This document shows, one piece after another, positions 49,536-64,000 of a stretch of 64,000 nt of DNA (the stretch's first letter is position 1; each line of letters starts with the position of its first letter). A program made the translations under genes and the position numbers. This stretch comes from the human T2T-CHM13v2.0 reference genome, Homo sapiens, in the NCBI RefSeq assembly GCF_009914755.1, contig NC_060929.1. One strand, given 5' to 3'. The notes below the pieces were generated by a model, which was not told where the DNA came from, ran no database searches, and saw only the letters and a list, made by a program, of their open reading frames with translations.

Positions 49536-51234
49536 TAATATGATGTATCATGAATAAGTATGTTTTGTACATTTTAAAAATTAAAATTCAACTATGAGGT
49601 TCCACAAACCACATAGTGCTTATGATTAAAGACTTAGTAAATAAAGCCTATAAGAAACAAAAAAAGAACTAATTTTGTTACTCTTTGAGGCAAATAAAGA
49701 AAACATATGAATGAACTCGGTATATAAGATAAATAATTGTTTTGGTGAAAAAGATATGATTGCATAGAAACAAGAGTCAATTAATTATGTATCACTTGTA
49801 GAAATTTTTTTTAACCCCAGGAAAAAAGTATGAAAATAAATAAAACTAGCTTTATTTTCTATAATCGAGTATAATACTTTCAATGCTCTAGTTTATCTTG
49901 TGGCCAAAACTTTTATCAATGCAAATAAACCAGTGAATCCTCAGGGTTTTTATTTTGTTTTAAATAAATTTAGGGATTTGCTATTCCCTTTCTTCATATT
50001 CTTGTGCTTGAGTGGAAGTTCTGGGTGATTTGGATATAGAGGGGCAACTGACAAGCGGTCATCATCTTCTTTCACTGCTCCCTTTGATTGATATTTCTAT
50101 GTGAAATCGTGTATCCAAGCAAGTCACTATGCCTTATTCTCATCTCAGACATGAGTCCTCCTAGATTCCCTAATCACCTCTCAGATATTTCTGTTTGTTT
50201 AACAGAAATAGTTACATAATCTCTTATAGCATTCTGGGTCATGAGCAACTTGTGAAGTGTCTCAGCTACTGCTATTTTCCTGTTGCTGTACAGAAATTCT
50301 GGTAGTCTTCCAAGTTTTCTGTGAAAGGGGTGGCAGCATCTGAGTTTTGTTTTGTTGTCTGCAAATAAACTTAACAAAGATTCTCATTGTTTTCTAATCC
50401 AAGGAGTGAAATAATGAGAGGGAGCAAGCATTTCTAACAATAAAGTTTAGAAATACTTCTCAATTTCTGCAAAATAGACTGTTGTTCTGATTGACATTGA
50501 ATTGAATCTACACATTATTATTGTGAAATTGACATATAGTCTATTCTTTCAAACTATTAGCCTATTTTTGTTCATCGTTTCTCTAAACAAAGTTTTATGT
50601 ATATATATTTTATATTGAGAGAATTTTTCTATTAGAAAATTAAGATTATTAAGGGTTACAATATTGTCCCTTATTTCACGGCATTTTGGTAAAATATTCT
50701 ACAATAAGTCATATTTCTATCCAAAAGAGTTATTTGACATATGAATAAAAAAAGATAAGGGTTGTGGAGGCCAAATTGTGCTATTGGAATTTGTTGTTAA
50801 ACATAATTTCCATGCTAATCATTATTCAGAATCACTTAACCTGTTTACTTTGGACAATCTGTTTATGCAGATGTTAAAATACAGATAGGCTCAATGACCA
50901 AAATAGAACCAATGTGAAACCAAGAGAGAATATGAAGCGTAAAGCTTATATGATTCAAAATATTAAGTCCTAGTAAACTTAAAATGAAGAAAGCAAAAAT
51001 GATGAACTTAACCCTGCTTTAACACTGATGGAGACTCTAAAGCGACTTTAACAAATCCCTCTTCCAAAAACCTTTTTTTCTAACTAAGGTTTTATAAACC
51101 ATGTTATGACAGCCTATACAGATTGTGGAAAATTAAGAAATTAAATATTTCCATGGTCAGAATACTTTGGGGTAAAAATTATTTAGGACATTTTGGGAGT
51201 TTATATTTTATTTGGTGAATTATTAATTTGTATT

Positions 51235-53035
<1,801 letters not shown>

Positions 53036-54130
53036 AGGAGAAAGGTCTTAAGTCAGTGACCTCAGTTTTCACTTAAGAGACTAGAAAAAGGAGAGGAGTC
53101 CGTTTCAAGATGGCCGAATAGGAACAGCTCTGGTCTGCAGTTCCCAGCGTGATCAACGCAGAAGACGGTGATTTCTACATTTCCAACTGAGGTACCTGGT
53201 TCATCTCATTGGGACTGGTTGGACAGTGGGTACAGCCCACGGAGGACAAGCTGAAGCAGGGCAGGGCATCGCCTCACCCGGGAAGCATAAGGGGTCAGGG
53301 GATTTCCCTTTCCTAGCCAAGGGAAGCTGTGACAGACTGTACCTGGAAAATTGGGACACTCCCACCCAAATACTGCACTTTTCCAATGGTCTTAGCAAAT
53401 GGAACACCAGGAGATTATATCCCCCTCCTGGCTCAGTGGGTCCCAAGCCCACGGAGCCTTGCTCACTACTAGCACAGCAGTCTGAGATCGATCTGCAAGG
53501 CAGCAGCCTGACAGGGGGAGGGGCGTCTGCCATTACTGAGGCTTGAGTAAGTAAACAAAGCAGCCAGGAAGCTTGAACTGGGCAGAGACCACAACAGTTC
53601 TGCAAGGCCTGCTGCCTCTGTAGACCCCACCCCTGGGGGTAGGGCATAGCTGAACAAAAGGCCGCAGAAACTTCTGCAGACTTAAACATCCCTGTCTGAA
53701 AGCTCTGAAGAGAGGAGTGGTTCTCCCAGCACAGTGTTTGACCTCCGAGAATGGGCAGACTGCTTCATCAAGTGGGTCCCTGACCTCTGTGTAGCCTAAC
53801 TAGGAGACACCTCCCAGTAGAGGCTGACTGACACCTCACACAAGCGGATGCCCCTCTGGGATGAAGCTTCCAGAGGAAGGATCAGGCAGGAATATTTGCT
53901 GTTCTGCTATTTGCTGTTCTGCAGCCTCCACTGGTGATACCCAGGCAAACAGGGTCTGGAGTGGACCTCCAGCAAACTCCAACAGACCTGCAGCTGAGGG
54001 ACCTGACTGTTAGAAGGAAAACTAACAAACAGAAAGGAATAGCATCAACATCAACAAAAGGGACATCCACACCAAAACTCCATCTGTAGGTCACCAACAT
54101 CAAAGACCAAAGCTAGATGAAACCACAAAG

Positions 54131-55157
54131 ATAGAGAGAAACCAGAGCAGAAAAGCTGAAAATTCTAAAAGCTAGAGTGCCTCTTTTCCTCCAAAGGATT
54201 GCAGCTTCTCGCCAGCAATGGAACAAAGCTGGATGGAGAATGACTTTGACGAGCTGACAGAAGTAGGCTTCAGAAGGTCGGTAATAAGAAACTTCTCTGA
54301 GCTAAAGGAGGATGTTTGAACCCATCACAAGGAAGCTAAAAATCTTGAAAAAAGATTAGACAAATGGCTAACTAGAAGAAAAGGTGTAGAAAAGACCTTA
54401 AATGACCTGATGGAGCTGAATACCATGGCACGAGAAGTTTACGTGACACATGCACAAGCTTCAATAGTTGATTTGATCAAGTGGATAAAAGGGTATCAGT
54501 GATTGAAGATCAAATGAATGAAATAAAGTGAGAAGAGATGTTTAGAGAAAAAAAAGTAAAAAGAAACGAACAAATCCTCCAAGAAATATGGGGCTATGTG
54601 AAAAGACCAAATCTATGTCTGATTGGTGTACCTGAAAGTGATGGGGAGAATGGAACCAAGTTGCAAAACATTCTTTGGGATATTATCCAGGAGAACTTCC
54701 CAACCTAGCAAGGCAGGCCAACATTCAAATTCAGGAAATACAGAGAACATGACAAAGATACTCCTTGAGAAGAGCAACCCCAAGACACATAATTGTCAGA
54801 TTCACCAAGGTTGAAATGAAGGAAAAAATGTAAAGGACAGCCAGAGAGAAAGGTCAAGTTACCCACAAAGGGAAGCCCATCAGACTAACAGTGGATCTCT
54901 CAGCAGAAATTCTACAAGCCAGAAGAGAGTGGGGGCCAATATTCAACATTCGTAAAGAAAAGAATTTTCAACCCAGAATTTCATATCCAGCCAAACTAAG
55001 CTTCATAAGTGAAGGAGAAATAAAATTCTTTACAGACAAGCAAATGCTGAGTGATTTTGTCACTACCAGGCCTGCCTTACAAGAGCTCCTGAAGAAAGCA
55101 CTAAACATGGAAAGGAACAACTGGTACCAGCCACTACAAAAACATGCCAAATTGTAA
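54131..55157 (+). pseudogene. Disrupted L1 ORF1p (start codon mutated to ATA; internal stops/frameshifts)
   Basis: C-terminal piece DLSAEILQARREWGPIF...YQPLQKHAKL* (ORF 54891-55157). Confidence 0.9.
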
Positions 55158-55220
55158 AGACCATCGATGCTAGGAAGAGACTGCATCAACTAACGGGCAA
55201 AATAACCAGCTAACATCATA

Positions 55221-59026
<3,806 letters not shown>

Positions 59027-59237
59027 ACAATGAGAACACTTGAACAGAGTGGGAACATCACACATGGTGGCTTGTCATTGGGTGGGGGACAGGGGGAGGG
59101 ATAGCATTAGGACAAATATTTAATGTAAATGACGAGTTAATGGGTGCAACAAACCAACATTGTACATGTATACCTATGTAATAAACCTGCACGTTGTGCA
59201 CATGTATTCTAGAATTTAAAGTATAATAATAAAAAAA

Positions 59238-59585
59238 GAAACTAGAAAAATGAGAGTAAATTAAACTCAACATCAGCAGATAAAAGGAAATAATTAAGAT
59301 CAGAGCAGACATAAATGAAATGTGAGACAACAATAAAAACCAAAACAATAGAGAAAAATCCAATGAAATCAAATGCTGCTTGAGAACAAGGAAATTGATA
59401 AATCTCCAGCAACAGTTACCAGGAAAAAAAAAAGTGAGAGAAGAGAGACAAATGACCAATAACATAAATGAGAATGGTTTTATTACTATAAATTCTACAG
59501 ATATTAAAAGCATAACAAGAAAACATTATAAATAAATGTATGCCCATAAACATAACAACTTAGAAAGACACAAATTTCCAAAGTT
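59238..59585 (+). mobile_element. L1M ORF2 fragment (also 53036-53089), host of the full-length L1
   Basis: GACCTCAGTTTTCACTTAAGAAACTAGAAAAA...AAGATCAGAGCAGA rejoins across the L1PA. Confidence 0.7.
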
Positions 59586-59589
59586 CCAC

Positions 59590-59722
59590 CAGTTATTAAA
59601 TGTGAATCCTTCAACAAGTTATTTTCAGTGTCTAGACCTCAGTTTCTTTGTATTAAAATTGTAGAGTTTGTGAAGAGTAAATGTACCTGAAGTTATTAGC
59701 CATTACTATTATTACTATTGTT
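59590..59722 (+). mobile_element. MIR fragment
   Basis: TGTGAATCCTTCAACAAGTTATTT...CCTCAGTTTCTTTGTATTAAAAT...TTGTGAAGAGTAAATG. Confidence 0.6.
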
Positions 59723-59976
59723 ATCTTGGATTCAGACTTACAGAGCAAATGAGGATCTGGATGGGACTGAGAAAAAAACATGTGATTCACAAATAGCTAC
59801 TGCAGGAGTTAGTTGATGTGGTAAAATTCTCTTGATTGGACCTCTGATTTTGTTCAATCTCATCATTTTTGTTTCAAAAGTTTTCCTGCTCACTAGAGAG
59901 TACTAATTGGTGCCTTGTGCATTAAAAACCTGATTGATCACTATCATTAACTTGTGCTCATAAAAGAAAGAAAAAA

Positions 59977-60920
59977 GGGGGACCAGTTTCAATATTCTGC
60001 TTATGGCTAGCTGGTTATCCCAGCACCAGTTATTGAATAGGGAGCCCTTTCCCCATTTCTTGCTTTTGTTAGCGTTATTGAAAATCAGATAGTTGTAGGT
60101 TTGTGGGCTTATTTCTGAGCTCTCTATTCTGTTCCATTGGTGTATGTGTCTGTTTTTGTAACAGAACCCTGCTGGTTTGATTACTGTAGTCCTGAAATAT
60201 AGTTTGAAGTCAGGTTATTGATGCCTCCAGTTTTGTTCTTTTTGCTTAGGATTTCCTTGCCTATTTGGGCGCTTTTTTTGGTTCCACATGAATTTTGAAA
60301 TAGTTTTTTCTATTTCTGTGAAGAATGTCATTGGTAGTTTGAGAGGAATGGCATTGAATCTGTAAATTGCTTTGGGCAGTATGGCCATTTTAATGATACT
60401 GATTTTTCCTGTCCATGAGCTTACAATGTTTTTCTATTTGTTTGTGTCATCTCTGATTTCTTTGAGCAGTATTTTGTAAATTTCATTATAGAGATCTTTT
60501 ACCTTTCTGACTAGCTGTATTCCTAGATATTTTATTCTTTTTGTGGCAGTTGTAAATATGATTGCATTCCTGATTTGGCTCTTAGCTTTCCTGCTATTGG
60601 TGTATAGGAATGCTTGTGATATTTGTACACTGATTTTGTATCCTGAAACTTTGCTAAAATTCTTTATCAGGTGAAGGAGCTTTTGGGCTAAAACTATGGG
60701 GTTTTGTAGATATAGAATAATGTCATCTGCAAACAGGGATACTTTGACTTCCTCATTTCCTACTTGAATGCCCTTTATTTTTATCTTGCCTGATTACTCT
60801 GACAAGGACTTCCAATAGTATGTGGATAGGAGTTGTGAGACAGATAGCATCCGTCTTGTGCTAGTTTCAAACAGAATGCTTCCAGCGTTTGCACATTCAG
60901 TGGGAGGTTGGCTATGGGTC
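59977..60920 (-). mobile_element. Older L1PA (piece 2), direct continuation of 51235-52743
   Basis: GGGGGACCAGTTTCAATATTCTGC continues the L1 antisense consensus exactly where piece 1 stops. Confidence 0.9.
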
Positions 60921-62709
60921 TTCAAGAGGCCCATCTCACACTCAATGACACTCATATGTTAAAAAAAGGGATGTAGGAAACTCTACCAATCAAAAGGGAA
61001 TCAGAAATAAAGAAGCGGTTGCACTCCTAAATTTAGACAAAACAAACTTTAAACCAGCAAAGATAAAAAAGGACAAAGAAGGGCATTACATAATAGTAAA
61101 GGGTCCAATTCAAAAGGAAAATCTAACTATCTTAAATACACATGCACCCAATATAGGAGCACATGGATTCATAAAGCAAGTTGTTAGAGACCTACAAAGA
61201 GACATAGACTTCTGCACAATAAAAGTGGGAGTCTTTAACACTCCACTGACAGTATTAGGCAGATTATTGAGGCAGAAAATTAACAAAGATATTTAGAACC
61301 TGGACTAAACATTGGACCAAGTGGCTAATAATAGACCTCTACAGAACTCTCCATCCAAAAATAGCAGAATATATTTTCTTCTCATCGCCATATGGCACAT
61401 GTTCTAAGTCAACCACGTAATCATACATAAAACAATCCTCAAAAATTGCTATATAAACCTAAATAATACCAAACACACTCTCAGATCACAGTACAATAAA
61501 AAACAGAAATCAAGACTAAAAGCATCACTTAAAACCTTGCGATTACAGGGAAATTAAACAACGTGCTCCTGATTGACTTTTGGACAAATAAGGAATTTAA
61601 GGTATAAATCAAGAAATTCTTTGAAACTAATGAGAACAAAAATACAACATAGCTGAATCTCTGGGACACAGTGAAGGCAGTGTTAAGAGGGAAATTAGTA
61701 GCACTGAATACCTACATCAATAAGTTATAAAGATCTCAAATTAACAATCTAACATCACAACTAAAAGAACTAGAGAAGCAAGAACAAACCAACCAGAAAG
61801 CTAGAAGAAGAAAATAAATCAAAATCAGAGCCAAACTGAAGGAAATTGAGATGCAAAAGTCCATTCCAAAGATCAACAAATTCAGGTTTTGATTTTTGAA
61901 AAAAATTAAAGAGAAGCATAGGCCACTAGCTAGATTAATAAAGAAGAAAAGAGAGAAGATCCAAATAAACACAAAGAAATAACAAAGGGAATGTTACCAC
62001 TGACCCCACAGAAATACAAACAACCAGGAGCAACTACTGTGACCAGCTCTGTGCATACAAACTAAAAAACCTAGAAGAGATGGGTAAATTCCTGGACACA
62101 TAAACTCTACCAAGATGGAACAAGGAAGAAACTGATTCCCTGAACAGACTAATAATAATAATGAGCTCCAGAATTGAATCAGTAATAAATAGCCTACCAA
62201 CCAAAAAAGCCCAGGACCAGATGAATTCACTGCCAAATTCTACCAGATGTGCAAAGAAGAGTTGATGCCACCCATACTTAAAATATTCCAAAAAATTGAG
62301 GAAGAGGGTCTCCTCTCCAACTCATTCTATGAGGCCCACTTCATCCTGATACCAAAACCTGGCAAAGACACAATAAAAAATGAAAACTCCAGGTCAATAT
62401 CCTTGACGAACATTGATAAGAAATTCTCAAGAAAATAACTGGCAAAACAAATCTAGCAGCAGATCAAAAAGCTAATCCACCATAATAAAGCAGGCTTTAT
62501 GCCTGGGATGCAAGTTTGGTTCAACATACACATGTCAATAAATGTGATTCATCACATGAACACAGTTAGAAACAAAAATCATATGACTGTCTCAAAAGAT
62601 GTAGAAAAGGCTTTCGATAAAATTCAACATCCTTTTATGTTAAAAACTCTCAATAAACTAGGTATTGAAGGAACATGTCTCAAAATAATAAAAGCTATCT
62701 ATGACGAAC
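60921..62709 (+). mobile_element. Inverted 5' segment of the same older L1PA (piece 3)
   Basis: Sense ORF2 EN-RT sequence ending ATCTATGACGAAC. In L1 coordinates this abuts the end of piece 2 (ACCCATAGCCAAC). Confidence 0.88.
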
Positions 62710-62949
62710 TTTTCTATCTTTAACACTTAACACAGATTTGTCTTTAAAAACTGATGCTCAATATGAGGAGACAACCAATATGACATTTTGAAAGACAGGT
62801 AAGCAACAATAAACTAATGGTGAATATTAACTGAGCACTTACTAATGCTCACCTATAGTTTTGGGTCCTAGATTTCAGCTAGTAGAGAACATAGTGTAAA
62901 TAAGATGAACCTTGTTCATTCTTAAACATAAGCATGATTAATTTATTAA

Positions 62950-63260
<311 letters not shown>

Positions 63261-64000
63261 AGCTATTTTTTCTAGATAAATTATTCAAACACATTTTTGT
63301 AATATATTTAGTCATAAATTTAAGCATGAATTTAAGCATGGTATAGCATTCGGACAATTTGAGGCATATAAACAACTCCCCCCAATAAAATTTCATCTTG
63401 GGACATTTATGCAACTATCTCTCACTTAAAACATCTAACATTTCTGTATTTTCAACACTCTAGTACTTCAGGACACAGGTTTAATGTTTGCTTGACTGAC
63501 TAGATAAACAACTTTAAAAAATAAAATTGTTTTGTTTCATTCATTAAATATGACATTGAAAAATTATAACTGAGCAAAAGCTTCTTTCAAATATAAAAGA
63601 GTGATGATAATTTGAAGTTACTAGAGCTCAGAAAGACAGCAAATTTACCACAAAAATTCATGCAAACTTTTTTTTACTTTAAGTGGAGATAACACACATA
63701 GTTTCATTCAAACTTTTCAATAATTTTATGTAATTTGAGTAAATATATGTCTAATAAAAGATGTGTGCGTAAATATGAGGTTTAATTTCATATTGTACTG
63801 CTTGATTGATCTTTGACTATTCTTGTGATCACTTGCTCGAGAATTTCTAGTTAGTTCATTTCAGAACTTTTGACCTATGAAATTTATTAAAGAAAAATTG
63901 GATCATGTAGCCCAAAGTGGCAGATTTAATTAATGTTCTTATATTGATCACTGAATTAATCACATCCATTATTTAACTTCAGAAAATCTTGCTGTCAGCT

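Noticed and set aside
50178-50358. Possible minus-strand exon (TTTATTTGCAG acceptor)
   Set aside because: Donor candidates are weak and there is no protein similarity I recognise.
53201-53689. 162-aa antisense ORF in the L1 5'UTR
   Set aside because: TTG start in GC-rich, stop-poor UTR sequence of an old L1; no support for a functional product.

Overview
This is AT-rich primate (human-like) nuclear DNA that looks intergenic or deep-intronic. More than half of it is recognisable transposon-derived sequence: L1PA/L1PB/L1M LINEs, 12 Alus, THE1/MLT1 MaLRs, a solo HERV-H LTR7, a MER67-like LTR, Tigger3a, MER2, MER5 and MER63 DNA elements, L2 and MIR. I found no host protein-coding exon or structural RNA gene. 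The longer ORFs are L1 ORF1/ORF2 fragments, antisense L1 frames, or Alu/LTR/microsatellite frames. I see no new enzymatic system, but there are three unusual structures. (1) A ~7.2 kb TSD-flanked, A-tailed insert (Alu + L1M + full-length L1PA6/7 + MIR + unique DNA) splits a younger L1, which suggests a combined 5'+3' L1 transduction or a retrocopied Pol II RNA. (2) A ~750 bp inverted duplication has a circularly permuted derived copy, consistent with a circular-DNA intermediate. (3) A de novo 51-bp-stem fold-back hairpin sits inside an L1MA and resembles a pre-miRNA. Four L1s show 5' inversions (twin priming). Subfamily names are from recalled consensus motifs and need RepeatMasker/Dfam confirmation. 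Boundaries of old elements are approximate.
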